From: a virus
Lineage: Duplodnaviria > Caudoviricetes
Strand: one strand, 5' to 3'
Virus record (IMG/VR): IMGVR_UViG_3300045996_001542
Coordinates: 1-53,077 of that record
DNA: 53,077 nucleotides
In this document: positions 1-8,761 of the stretch, in pieces
Numbering within the stretch: position 1 is the stretch's first letter
How the letters are laid out: each line of letters begins with the position of its first letter
Program-made: the position numbers and the translations under genes
The notes under the pieces: generated by a model
Told to the model about the DNA's origin: nothing
Databases searched by the model: none
The model's input: only the letters and a program-made list of their open reading frames with translations

Positions 1-226
1 CCGTAACCACGTGGTCGACGGCCCACGCGACACGCTCACTCGGCGCAACGCTGGCAGGGACGTTCGGCAGTGCCGCGCGGGCGAACCGCGCCAAGCGCGG
101 GCGAATGTGCTCCGCGCGCATGCGGTCGATCCGCGCGGCGAGACGGACAGCAGTGTTGATCCGGTCGCAACCCGGGGTCACACATTCGCCGCTCGGTCGG
201 GCGAACGTGCACTCGTGTCTTTCCAT
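1..226 (-). CDS. Hypothetical protein (MERHECTFARPSGECVTPGCDR...), open at the window edge
   Basis: ATG at 226 preceded by AAGGGAACGAACCT. No stop before position 1. Continues in frame into the 53077 end if the ends are joined. Confidence 0.5.
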   Translation of the reverse strand, partial: MERHECTFARPSGECVTPGCDRINTAVRLAARIDRMRAEHIRPRLARFARAALPNVPASVAPSERVAWAVDHVVT

Positions 227-332
227 AGGTTCGTTCCCTTGTGTGCAGGTTCTACGGGACGCGGTTACGCCCCGTGCGCTGCACAGTGGGTCCCTAGGTC
301 TGGGGTAGCGGAGGCCTAGTTAGCGTCCGGCA

Positions 333-1055
333 CTACTTCTTTGCGGACGCCTTTGCGATGTCGGACAGGGCCGACACGGTGTCACGGAACAGCGAACGTT
401 CCGCTACGTCCATCTCGCCTACGCGGCTACCGAGTTCCTTGCCGATTGCGGCCAGGTACGAAAGCAGCGTGTTCGTGTCCGCTTCGGCGATGGGGAACCG
501 CTCCGCCGTGTCCGTGGGCACGTTGCCCGCTTCCGCGTCCGTCTCGGACAGCGTGCTGTCCTTGTCGGTCCCGTCGTTGGGCTTGCCCGTGCGCTTCTTG
601 TCCTCGCGCGGCGGGACGGGCGTGGACAGCCAAGCAACGTGCTTGTCTGTCACGTCCGAGATAGCAGCGATCTTTTCGACCGCTGCCTTGATTGCCTCTC
701 GCCCACCCTTGCCAGCGTTGTAGATCTTGGCTACGTGAGCCCAGACCCGCGCGTTGTCACGGATGTCAGCATCGGTCCGGAACTGCAGACCCGATGCGGT
801 GAGAGCGGCGAGACGTGCACGCGGCTGTCGCATCGCGACACCCAACGCGTGGCCGATTGCGTTGTCCGACAGGACAGCGCCCCCAGCGTCCAGCCAGCGC
901 CCGGAGAGCGCTACGGCTGTCACGTCTCGCAGTGCGCGCCCGTAGGCGCTCTTTGTGTCCGACAGGGCCACCATTGCGGCGCCCGTGTCGTGCTTGATTG
1001 CCGCTCCTGCCTCGCTGTTGAAAGCGGACAGAACGGTCTTAACCGTTGTTGCCAT
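333..1055 (-). CDS. Hypothetical protein, 240 aa, atypical codon usage
   Basis: Clean ORF with GGAG RBS before the ATG. Many A/T-ending codons (GCA, ACA, GTT, GCT). Confidence 0.75.
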   Translation of the reverse strand: MATTVKTVLSAFNSEAGAAIKHDTGAAMVALSDTKSAYGRALRDVTAVALSGRWLDAGGAVLSDNAIGHALGVAMRQPRARLAALTASGLQFRTDADIRDNARVWAHVAKIYNAGKGGREAIKAAVEKIAAISDVTDKHVAWLSTPVPPREDKKRTGKPNDGTDKDSTLSETDAEAGNVPTDTAERFPIAEADTNTLLSYLAAIGKELGSRVGEMDVAERSLFRDTVSALSDIAKASAKK

Positions 1056-1327
1056 TGGTTACTCCACTTCTGGGATAGAGCACTCCCGCATAGCGCGGGA
1101 GCGCACGTGTCATGCATGCGTGAGTGACGCACAAAGCGCCACGACAGGCACACCACTACCCCAGACCAGGGAATCCACTGTGCAGTTCTCAAACAACCGT
1201 GGTCTCACCCGGAGCACTTGACGCGGTCGATCACTCGGCCGCGCCGACCCCCGGGAGGGCCGTCCGGCCCCACGTGGGGGCCAGGTCTGCGACATTACCC
1301 GTATTCGGACATTGCGTCCAGTGGGAT

Positions 1328-1344
1328 CGCGTAACCGTTACGCA
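1328..1344. promoter_or_regulatory. 17-bp palindrome copy 1 (cGCGTAACCGTTACGCA, one mismatch)
   Basis: Sequence match. Lies in the divergent gap between 333..1055(-) and 1835(+). Confidence 0.8.
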
Positions 1345-1497
1345 CCCAAGCCCCTGACCTGCGACGATACCCAAAACGGTTCACCCCCTCTTCACCCCCT
1401 CTATGGCAGCCAGATACCCCACACCCCGCCCGAAACGCCCCGAAACGCCCGATACGGACCGCTAGCCACCCCCCCACGTTTTTCTAGCTCCGCCGGG

Positions 1498-1676
1498 TTT
1501 CGAGTACCCGTTACGGGGTGCTGGGTGTCCACCGGGGTTTTGAGTTCCCGAAACCGTTTTGAGGCACCCGAAATGGGGTGTTGAGGGGGCCTGGAGGGTT
1601 TTGCGGTACCCGAAATCCCGTTTTGAGTACCCGAAACGGGGTATTGCGGTACTCGTTACCCGTTTCGGGTACTCGA
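1498..1676. repeat. Array of degenerate TTTTGAGTACCCGAAA repeats ending in a 16-bp perfect inverted repeat
   Basis: Copies at about 1498, 1538, 1557, 1599, 1621, 1644 and inverted at 1663. GAGTACCCGAAACGGG (1625-1640) pairs with 1659-1674. Confidence 0.85.
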
Positions 1677-1759
1677 TACGCGGGGCCGGCCGCGGGTCCC
1701 TACACTGGGCCCGTACCTCCTTGTCTCGCTTGGTTCGCCGGATGCCGAGGAACAGCAAG

Positions 1760-1791
1760 GGCCCCCTGCCTGCTGGAACAGGCAGGGGGCC
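1760..1791. terminator. 13-bp GC-rich hairpin
   Basis: GGCCCCCTGCCTG-ctggaa-CAGGCAGGGGGCC. No U tract. Confidence 0.45.
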
Positions 1792-1834
1792 ATCTCGGTG
1801 GCCGAGTAACGCGTACTGGGTACTCTTTACGGTC

Positions 1835-2182
1835 ATGGGGCGACCACCGCTGGGACCGGCCAAGAAGTCCAGGACGATCGCGATCCACGTGACCGAGGCC
1901 GAGTACCAGCTCATCGCGAAGCACGGCTCACCCGGGCCCTGGTGTCGCCAGGCAGTGCTCGCCACCCTCACAGCTCGCGCACCGGCCCCACCCCGCCCCA
2001 AGGTCAAGCCCGCCGAGCCGAAGCCCGAGGAACCCCCACCCGTCCAGCCCAAACAGGCTGCACCACTCGAGGCGCCGCACCGGCACCGCCGGCAACGCAC
2101 CGGCGAGAAGTGGGTAGGCGGGGAAGACGTCGGCACCTGGGAATGCGCCACCTGCGGCGCCACCCTCGGCATCCTCCAGTGA
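1835..2182 (+). CDS. Putative RHH DNA-binding protein with Pro-rich linker and C-terminal Zn ribbon
   Basis: MGRPP...TIAIHVTEAEYQLI beta-alpha-alpha pattern; HRH...CATC at the C-terminus. Confidence 0.6.
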   Translation: MGRPPLGPAKKSRTIAIHVTEAEYQLIAKHGSPGPWCRQAVLATLTARAPAPPRPKVKPAEPKPEEPPPVQPKQAAPLEAPHRHRRQRTGEKWVGGEDVGTWECATCGATLGILQ

Positions 2183-2508
2183 ACGCACGAAGGCCCACAC
2201 CGGACAAGGACGAAGGGTGTGGGCCGACGCGTCACGGAGGTCACCGTGGAGCTTCCCCTACCGGAAGCAGTCCGGACACTACCCCCAACAACGACGGCCC
2301 GCACCGGGTGAAGAGTGCAGGCCGTCGCGGCGCGGAATCCGCACGCGCACTCCGCCCCAGGGGATGGGCGCCAGGGGGGAGGCCACGACCATACCCCGCA
2401 CCACTGACACACGCGCGGTATACCCCCATACGCGTATCGAGGTATACAAAACCCCAGGGGTCGCCTTACAGTTGAGCTGGAGTTGCACGTCCAGCCTGTA
2501 TGCAGTAG

Positions 2509-2796
2509 ATGACCGAGGAGGTAGTCATGGCTCAGCCGTCCCAGATGGAACGCCCCAACCGTGTCGTCTCCGGTCGCCTGTCGGCCGCGCAGTTCCTCTC
2601 CCTGAACCAGGAGCTCCAGGACCGTGGGCTGAACCGCTCCGTCCTGGTCGCCGACCTCGTGATGGCCTGGCTGCGGGCCGTCACCGGCCGCGGCCACCGC
2701 TGCCACTGCCCCGACTGCCCCGGGAACATGGCCACCCTGCGCCGGCGCACGGACGTGCAGCCCTCCCTCTGGCTGGACGACGCGTACAGCGCCTGA
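2509..2796 (+). CDS. Putative RHH DNA-binding protein with Cys/His motif
   Basis: VVSGRLSAAQFLSLNQELQDRGLNRSVLVADLV; HRCHCPDC. Start may be ATG 2527 after GAGGAGG. Confidence 0.6.
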   Translation: MTEEVVMAQPSQMERPNRVVSGRLSAAQFLSLNQELQDRGLNRSVLVADLVMAWLRAVTGRGHRCHCPDCPGNMATLRRRTDVQPSLWLDDAYSA

Positions 2797-2837
2797 AACC
2801 CGCATCCGGTGACACCGAATGGTAGGATCCGGGGTCT

Positions 2838-3185
2838 ATGAGCAGGAAAGGCCTCGGAAAAGCGGGTCGGACCATCACCCGCACCGTAAAGGTCACCGGT
2901 TACGAGCAGGACTACCTCATCCGGCGCTACGGCAGCGTGTCGGCGGGCCTGCGCGCCGGCCTGGACTGCCTACTGCCCGCCTCGGTGAACAACCCGGGGC
3001 GGGCAGTACGCAAAAAAGCCGTCGTGAACAGCCAAAACACCCTGTTTGCCACTCCGGACGGTTGCGGACCGCTGATCAGCGACCATCCTGGGTGGAAGAT
3101 CGTCGCGCGCGGCACGAAAACCCGCACCGTCATCAAAGAATGCCGAAATTGCGGAATTCAGGTCACCGAAACGGGGAATTCGTGA
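2838..3185 (+). CDS. Putative RHH-like protein with C-terminal CxxC
   Basis: TRTVKVTGYEQDYLIRRYGSVSAGLRAGLD; CRNC. Confidence 0.55.
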   Translation: MSRKGLGKAGRTITRTVKVTGYEQDYLIRRYGSVSAGLRAGLDCLLPASVNNPGRAVRKKAVVNSQNTLFATPDGCGPLISDHPGWKIVARGTKTRTVIKECRNCGIQVTETGNS

Positions 3186-3240
3186 ATTCGACCCCCCGCC
3201 CGGGGCCGAATTCCGTTCACAACAAGGAAAAGGAGGGGTC

Positions 3241-3519
3241 GTGACGCTCGACGAGATGGGAATCGCGCCAGATCACCGTGAGGGCACCACGGTGCGCGCC
3301 TCGGCGACGGTCCGGCTCGGTGCGGACACCTCGGCCGCGACCACGGCCACCCTGATCAACCTGATCCGGCAGGCCGACACCATGCAGCTGACGGTCGACG
3401 CCGCCACGGTGTCCACCACCACCAAGCGCCTGCCCCTGGCGTCCGCCGCGGGCGGTGGCCCCACCCACGCCCTGCTGGTCATCTCGAGCGCGACCGCGTA
3501 CCCCAAGGCGCCCTGGTGA
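3241..3519 (+). CDS. Hypothetical protein
   Basis: Strong AAGGAGG RBS; GTGA overlap with the next gene. Confidence 0.7.
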   Translation: MTLDEMGIAPDHREGTTVRASATVRLGADTSAATTATLINLIRQADTMQLTVDAATVSTTTKRLPLASAAGGGPTHALLVISSATAYPKAPW

Positions 3520-3665
3520 GCACGACGGCAGCGCTGTACGACTACGACCCGCCGCACAAGTACAGGTGCGGCGGGTGCGGCACGATCCTGACCGGGTACG
3601 AACTCGAAGAGATCGAGATCGAGATCGAGAACCACCAGATCAGCCACGAAGCCGAGCACTGGTGA
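3516..3665 (+). CDS. Small protein with CxxC...HxxxH motif
   Basis: GTG start overlapping the previous stop; YRCGGCG...NHQISH. Below the ORF-track length cutoff. Confidence 0.55.
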   Translation: MSTTAALYDYDPPHKYRCGGCGTILTGYELEEIEIEIENHQISHEAEHW

Positions 3666-3775
3666 GCGCCCAGGACGAGGAGGTCACGTGCCCACGCTGC
3701 GGCCGTGACCACATCCCCGACGAGGACCACGACACGTGCGTGGAGTGCCTTGACGGCCACGGAGACGACGAGTGA
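3662..3775 (+). CDS. Small Zn-finger protein (CPRC...CVEC)
   Basis: GTGA overlaps at both ends. Confidence 0.55.
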   Translation: MSAQDEEVTCPRCGRDHIPDEDHDTCVECLDGHGDDE

Positions 3776-4506
3776 ACACCATCCCGGAGCTGTGGAACAC
3801 GACCGAGGTCGCCCGGTTCCTCGGCATCAAGCCCACCTCGGTCAGCGCATACCGCATCCGCGGCCAGATGCCACCCCCGGTGCAAACAGTGGGGAAACAG
3901 ACCCACCTGTGGGACGCTGACACGATCCGGGCGTGGCACGCACAGCGCCCCGGGACACCCGAGAGTGAGACATCGTTGACGAAGCGCCACCCCGCCGACT
4001 GGTCGAAGACCCTCGGCATCACCGTCGTCGACCCCGACGGCTGGCGCGCAGACGGTGCGCCGTGGGACCGCGCGATCACGCAGGAGGAGTTCCGCCGCCG
4101 CGCCGCGATGAGCACCGTGTCAGAGCTCGTCGAGCCCGACCTGGACGTGATGAGCGAACAGGAGCGCGCCGCGTACTACGAGGAGAACGTGCACCGGCTG
4201 GACGAGCTGTTCGACACGGACAACCCCGTCCAGTTCGAGCGCTCCGAGGTCAAGATGACGAACTACGCCGTGGCGCCGGGGGAGTACATCACCGAGTGGC
4301 TGGAAGAGCAGCACACGGACCCCACCCTGCTCGCGTGGCGGCTCGGGGTGCCCGACGCGTACGTCGCGCACCTCCTCGCCGGCAAGATCGCGCTGTCGCA
4401 GCCGTTGCAGGCCGCGCTGGCGGACATCACCGGGATCCCCGTGGACTCCTGGGCGCGCCTGGACACCCAGTACTGGAAGGACAAGGCACGGCTGGAGGGG
4501 CAGTGA
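3772..4506 (+). CDS. Multi-domain HTH protein: N-terminal AlpA/MerR-type HTH, C-terminal HigA-like XRE HTH
   Basis: LWNTTEVARFLGIKPTSVSAYRIRGQMPPP; APGEYITEWLEE...LAWRLGV...LLAGKIALS...TGIPVDSWARL. Confidence 0.75.
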   Translation: MNTIPELWNTTEVARFLGIKPTSVSAYRIRGQMPPPVQTVGKQTHLWDADTIRAWHAQRPGTPESETSLTKRHPADWSKTLGITVVDPDGWRADGAPWDRAITQEEFRRRAAMSTVSELVEPDLDVMSEQERAAYYEENVHRLDELFDTDNPVQFERSEVKMTNYAVAPGEYITEWLEEQHTDPTLLAWRLGVPDAYVAHLLAGKIALSQPLQAALADITGIPVDSWARLDTQYWKDKARLEGQ

Positions 4507-5018
4507 CCGACCTGGACGCGATCCGGGAACGGCTCGCCGAGCCCCCCGCAGCGCAGGACGAACTCCTGGAGACCGGCCGCCTGCACCGCGCTGCGACCGA
4601 GGACCCCTTCCCGCCCGACCTGGGGATCGCGATACAGATGGCCACTGACCTGCGCATCGCACGCGCCGACATCGCCACCCTCCTGGATGCGCTGGACGAC
4701 CGGGACGCGGAGATCGGCCTGCTCAGGCGAGACGTCGCGGACGCCGTCCAGACACTCATCCGCGGTCTCCAGGCGGCGAACAACCCGACCCGCCGCACCG
4801 TCCGGGACGAGCACGAGGTCCGGCAAGCCATCCGGGACGCCGTCAAGGCCGACGGGAAGTTTTACATTCAACTAGCCAAGCACCTGGGCATCACGCAGAA
4901 GCACCTCAGCCAGATCATGGCCGGCAGGAACGGCCTGTCCCTGCCGCTGCTGTTCGCGACCCTCAGCTACCTGGGCCTGACCCTGGAACTGCGCCCCACC
5001 CCCGAGGAGAACCGATGA
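4503..5018 (+). CDS. Protein with C-terminal XRE-type HTH
   Basis: GTG 4503 (MTDLDAIRERL); IQLAKHLGITQKHLSQIMAGRNGLSL. Confidence 0.7.
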   Translation: MTDLDAIRERLAEPPAAQDELLETGRLHRAATEDPFPPDLGIAIQMATDLRIARADIATLLDALDDRDAEIGLLRRDVADAVQTLIRGLQAANNPTRRTVRDEHEVRQAIRDAVKADGKFYIQLAKHLGITQKHLSQIMAGRNGLSLPLLFATLSYLGLTLELRPTPEENR

Positions 5019-5338
5019 CAGCGCGCCCGGAGCGTGGGCAGGCCTGGGCGGGCATGAGCTGGGACGGGCACGCGGGCGGGTGGGTCGTCAAGGACGCACC
5101 CGACGGCCGCCGCGTGTGGATCATCCCGATGATGTTCACGTCCGCGATCATCATCGGCCCGCCCGACGCCTGGGAGTACGACGACCGGTGGTGCTACGCC
5201 ACCCCTGCGCTGGCCCTCACCCACGCCGAACTCTGGTCGGCGCAGCCCGGTACCGAGCCGGCCGGCTGGCACCGCCACCCCAGCTCGGGTCGACGCCGCC
5301 CCGCCGGCGACCCGTCCGGCGAGTACCTGATGCCCTGA
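5015..5338 (+). CDS. Hypothetical phage protein
   Basis: ATGA overlap; YDDRWCY...EPAGWHRHPSSGRRR. Confidence 0.7.
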   Translation: MTARPERGQAWAGMSWDGHAGGWVVKDAPDGRRVWIIPMMFTSAIIIGPPDAWEYDDRWCYATPALALTHAELWSAQPGTEPAGWHRHPSSGRRRPAGDPSGEYLMP

Positions 5339-5499
5339 TGGCGCTCGACGAAGAGACGCTTGCGGCGATCGGTGCCGCCGCCCAGCGCTTCGCAGACGAG
5401 GCGCCGCCGCTTACCGAGGAACAGCGGCGCGTCATCCGGGCCGCGTTCTCCAGTGCGCATGATGCCCTGAGCGACAGTCGCCCCAAGCACACAAACTAG
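5338..5499 (+). CDS. Small hypothetical protein (APPLTEEQR motif)
   Basis: TGATG overlap; ends just before the terminator. Confidence 0.6.
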   Translation: MALDEETLAAIGAAAQRFADEAPPLTEEQRRVIRAAFSSAHDALSDSRPKHTN

Positions 5500-5514
5500 A
5501 CAACCACAGACAAA

Positions 5515-5545
5515 AGACCCCTGCCGGTAGCGGCAGGGGTCTCTT
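5515..5545 (+). terminator. Intrinsic terminator, possibly bidirectional
   Basis: 12-bp stem AGACCCCTGCCG/CGGCAGGGGTCT, 4-nt loop, A-run upstream and CTT downstream. Confidence 0.7.
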
Positions 5546-5605
5546 GCTGTGCATCCTGTACCCACAGGGACGCGGGGCCGCACGCGAAAACCACCAGGAG
5601 GACCC

Positions 5606-6166
5606 GTGCCCGTGACCCCCCAGAACGTCGAGCTCGACAACGACGTCAGAACTGGCGGCGTCACCTACCCCCACGGGCTCGAGATGGCGTACATCGACGT
5701 CGAACACCTCAAGCCCCACCCCCTGAACGCCAACTCGACCGACACCGCCCCCATCGTCGAGTCGATCGCAATGAACGGCTTCATCCAGCCCCTCCTGGTG
5801 CAGAGCAGCACCGGGTATATCATCGACGGCTGGCATCGGTATACCGCTGCTATCGAGCTGGGCGCTCAGTTCGTCCCCGTCATCCTGTACGACTGCGACG
5901 ACGCCACCGCGCGCCGCCTGCTGGTCGCGATCAACCGCACAGCCCGGCTGGGCACCGACGACCCCGGGCTGCTGCGCGACCTGATGGACACCATCCAGGC
6001 CGAGGACGCCCGCCTGCTGGGCACGGGGTGGACCCCGATGCAGTACGAGTCGTTCCTGGAGCTGATCGAGACTCCGTACCAGGGCGACGACTACACCCCC
6101 GTGCGGCAGCACCACACCGCGATCACCTGCCCCTCCTGCGGTGCGGAGTTCGGCGGCCGGCGATGA
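5606..6166 (+). CDS. ParB/Srx-like N-terminal domain protein
   Basis: LKPHPLNAN...IVESIAMNGFIQPLLVQ...IIDGWHRYTAA; C-terminal CPSCG; AGGAGG RBS. Confidence 0.85.
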   Translation: MPVTPQNVELDNDVRTGGVTYPHGLEMAYIDVEHLKPHPLNANSTDTAPIVESIAMNGFIQPLLVQSSTGYIIDGWHRYTAAIELGAQFVPVILYDCDDATARRLLVAINRTARLGTDDPGLLRDLMDTIQAEDARLLGTGWTPMQYESFLELIETPYQGDDYTPVRQHHTAITCPSCGAEFGGRR

Positions 6167-6354
6167 GCGAGACCCCGGACCTGATCAGCCTGATCCGTCA
6201 GGCCGACCTGGACGGCGCGATCCCGTCCCCGGTCCGTGGTGAGCGCATGAACGACTACCGGCTGCGCGTCGCGCACGCCGGCGCCGTCATCGGGATCGCA
6301 TTCTGCCAGCAGACCCCAGCCCCCACCCCTGGGCAGGCGTCGGGGGAGTCATGA
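6163..6354 (+). CDS. Hypothetical protein
   Basis: ATGA overlaps on both sides. Confidence 0.6.
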   Translation: MSETPDLISLIRQADLDGAIPSPVRGERMNDYRLRVAHAGAVIGIAFCQQTPAPTPGQASGES

Positions 6355-6899
6355 GCCGGCGCAACCCGATCGTCATGGACGACCTCCAGGCGGAGGCCGT
6401 GGCGCTGGGTGACCCCAAGCGCGCGCAGCTGGTCAAGAAGGTCTCCGAGATGGACGCCCCGTCGCGTGCGTCGGCGGCCGTCACCCTGCTCATCTCCGGC
6501 GCGGACTACCGCGACATCGCGAAGGTGCTGGACTACAAGAACGTCAACGAGGTCAAGCGCACCATCTGGGCCGCGATCGGGTCCATCGAGATGGACGAGA
6601 ACCGGCGCGGTCGGGAACGCGAACTGATGGCGCGCCGCCTGACGGCGATGATCAGCTCGGGGTGGAAGCGGGCCACCAACCCGAACGACCCCGACCACCT
6701 CGCCTACCAGCGGCTCATGCTCGCGATCATGGACCGGCAGGCCAAGCTGTACGGGCTGGACGCCCCGACACAGTCCATCGTGTACACCCCGTCCCAGGCG
6801 GAGATCAACGAGCACGTCGAGCGGGTGCGCAACCTGGTCGTGGTCGAGGCCGGCGACGTCGAGGCCGACGTCCTGGAGGCACACGATGCAGCCTCCTGA
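6351..6899 (+). CDS. Probable terminase small subunit / HTH protein
   Basis: GADYRDIAKVLDY HTH; IMDRQAKLYGLDAP motif; upstream of the large terminase. Confidence 0.65.
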   Translation: MSRRNPIVMDDLQAEAVALGDPKRAQLVKKVSEMDAPSRASAAVTLLISGADYRDIAKVLDYKNVNEVKRTIWAAIGSIEMDENRRGRERELMARRLTAMISSGWKRATNPNDPDHLAYQRLMLAIMDRQAKLYGLDAPTQSIVYTPSQAEINEHVERVRNLVVVEAGDVEADVLEAHDAAS

Positions 6900-7269
6900 G
6901 GACTGGCGCACCAAGATCACCACCGGCGTCAAGGTCGCCGAGGGCAAGCGCCGACGCCCCGTGCTGGCGTTCAACGTGGACCTGCAGCTGCGGGTCCTGC
7001 TCGGCGCGGCGGCGCAGACCCGGGGCCTGTCCGCGTCGGCGTACGCACGCCGCGCGATCTGCGCGTTCATCGCCCGTGACCTGGGCCTGGCGTTCGCGAT
7101 GGTGACCCGGTTCTGCCCCTCGGTCGAGGACCCGGAAAACCTCGCCGCGAAGTCGGCCAAGGGGACCGCGGCCATCACTAAGTCCGGCGGGAAGATCTAC
7201 CGCGGGACGGTCGCCACCACCCACGACGACGGGCTCGGCTACGGGTGCTGGGAGGTGTGCGATGACTGA
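6886..7269 (+). CDS. RHH-like DNA-binding protein
   Basis: LAFNVDLQLRVLLGAAAQTRGLSASAYARRAI. Confidence 0.6.
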   Translation: MQPPEDWRTKITTGVKVAEGKRRRPVLAFNVDLQLRVLLGAAAQTRGLSASAYARRAICAFIARDLGLAFAMVTRFCPSVEDPENLAAKSAKGTAAITKSGGKIYRGTVATTHDDGLGYGCWEVCDD

Positions 7270-8761
7270 GCCCCTGATCACCGCCGGCACCTACAGCCCG
7301 ACCAGCACCACGAACACGTTCGACCCCGAGCTGCCCAAGCGCTGGACCCCGGTGGCCCAGGCCCGGTTCCTGGACCAGATGCGTACCAGCGAGCACCCCC
7401 AGGCCTGGTACTGCACCCGGGGACGCACCTGCGACGGCAAGCCCCACGGGAAGTACACGTACAAGCACGCCCGCGCCGACCAGTGGCCGCCCCCGATGGA
7501 CGAGGAGTGGGAGCACTGGGTCATGGCGTCCGGCCGAGGCGCGGGCAAGACCCGCTCCGGCGCGGAGTTCGTCCGCACGATGACGCGCTACACCGGGCGC
7601 ATCGCCTTGATCGCGTCCACCTCCGCCGACCTGCGCGACGTCATGATCGAGGGGGAGTCCGGCATCCTGCGCGTGTGCGAGAACGCGGGGTTTCGGCCGC
7701 ACTGGGAGCCGTCCAAGCGCAAGATCACGTTCCCCAACGGCGCGATCGCCACCGGGTACACCGCCGAGGAGCCGGACCGTCTTCGTGGCCCGCAGCACGG
7801 CGCCGGCTGGCTGGACGAGCCCGCCCACTGGAAGAACGTCGAGTACGTGTGGGACATGTACTCCTACGGGTTGCGCCTGGGAACCGCGCCCCGTACCGCG
7901 ATCACCACCACACCCACCCCGATCCCGTGGCTCAAGGAGATCGTCGCCGAGCCCGGCTCGCGCGTGATCTCCGTGCCGACGTTCATCAACGAGGACAACC
8001 TCGCGCCCCGCTTCATCCAGCGCATGCGGGAACGGTACGAGGGCACCCGGCAGGGCCGCCAGGAGCTGTACGGCGAGATCCTGACCGACGTCGAGGGCGC
8101 GCTGTGGACCGACGACCTGCTGGACGCCACCCGCGTGGACCGCGCCCCGGAACTGACCCGGATCGTGATCGGCGTCGACCCCGCCGGCACGTCCAACAAG
8201 CGCTCCGACCTGACCGGGATCGTCGCCGTCGGGCTGGGCGTCGATGGCGACGTGTACATCCTGGGGGACTACTCCGGGCGGTACACCCCGCACGAGTGGG
8301 CCGGGAAGGTCTCCGAGACCTACCACCGGTGGGGCGCCGACGCGATCGTCGCGGAGAAGAACTACGGCGGCGAGATGGTCCGCACCGTGCTGGCCACCGA
8401 GCTGAGCGACTTCGCGCGCGTCATCGACGTCACCTCCCGGCAGGGCAAGTTCATCCGCGCCGAGCCGGTGTTCTCCCTGTTCGAGCAGCAGCGCGCCCAC
8501 CTGGTCGGCCGGATGCTGGGCGACCTCGAGGACGAGCTGACCAGCTGGGTACCCGGCAAGGGCAAGTCCCCAGACAGGCTGGACGCCATGGTGCACGCCG
8601 CGCACGAGCTGCGCGGCGAGTCCGGCCCGGTCGAGATCTCCACCCCCACCGGCGCCCTGCCCCGTGCCCGCTCCCCGCTGGCCGGTATCGACGTCGCGCT
8701 GCTGGACATGCTGGCCACCACGATCCGTCAGACCAAGGAGGACGTTGTTGCTGTCCCATGA
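7262..8761 (+). CDS. terL: Terminase large subunit
   Basis: Walker A SGRGAGKT, Walker B WLDEP, LRGPQ, nuclease IGVDPAG...SDLTGI, SPDRLDA. Confidence 0.95.
   Translation: MTEPLITAGTYSPTSTTNTFDPELPKRWTPVAQARFLDQMRTSEHPQAWYCTRGRTCDGKPHGKYTYKHARADQWPPPMDEEWEHWVMASGRGAGKTRSGAEFVRTMTRYTGRIALIASTSADLRDVMIEGESGILRVCENAGFRPHWEPSKRKITFPNGAIATGYTAEEPDRLRGPQHGAGWLDEPAHWKNVEYVWDMYSYGLRLGTAPRTAITTTPTPIPWLKEIVAEPGSRVISVPTFINEDNLAPRFIQRMRERYEGTRQGRQELYGEILTDVEGALWTDDLLDATRVDRAPELTRIVIGVDPAGTSNKRSDLTGIVAVGLGVDGDVYILGDYSGRYTPHEWAGKVSETYHRWGADAIVAEKNYGGEMVRTVLATELSDFARVIDVTSRQGKFIRAEPVFSLFEQQRAHLVGRMLGDLEDELTSWVPGKGKSPDRLDAMVHAAHELRGESGPVEISTPTGALPRARSPLAGIDVALLDMLATTIRQTKEDVVAVP

Noticed and set aside
359-964. 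TGTC(C/G)GACA mini-palindrome three times in gene 333..1055
   Set aside because: Explained by Leu-Ser-Asp codons and also seen elsewhere (about 30328). Too short to call.
5606-6166. ParB-like gene as a partition system or DNA-modification cluster
   Set aside because: No ParA, no HTH in the protein and no adjacent methylase or modification enzymes. Such domains are common just upstream of terminases.
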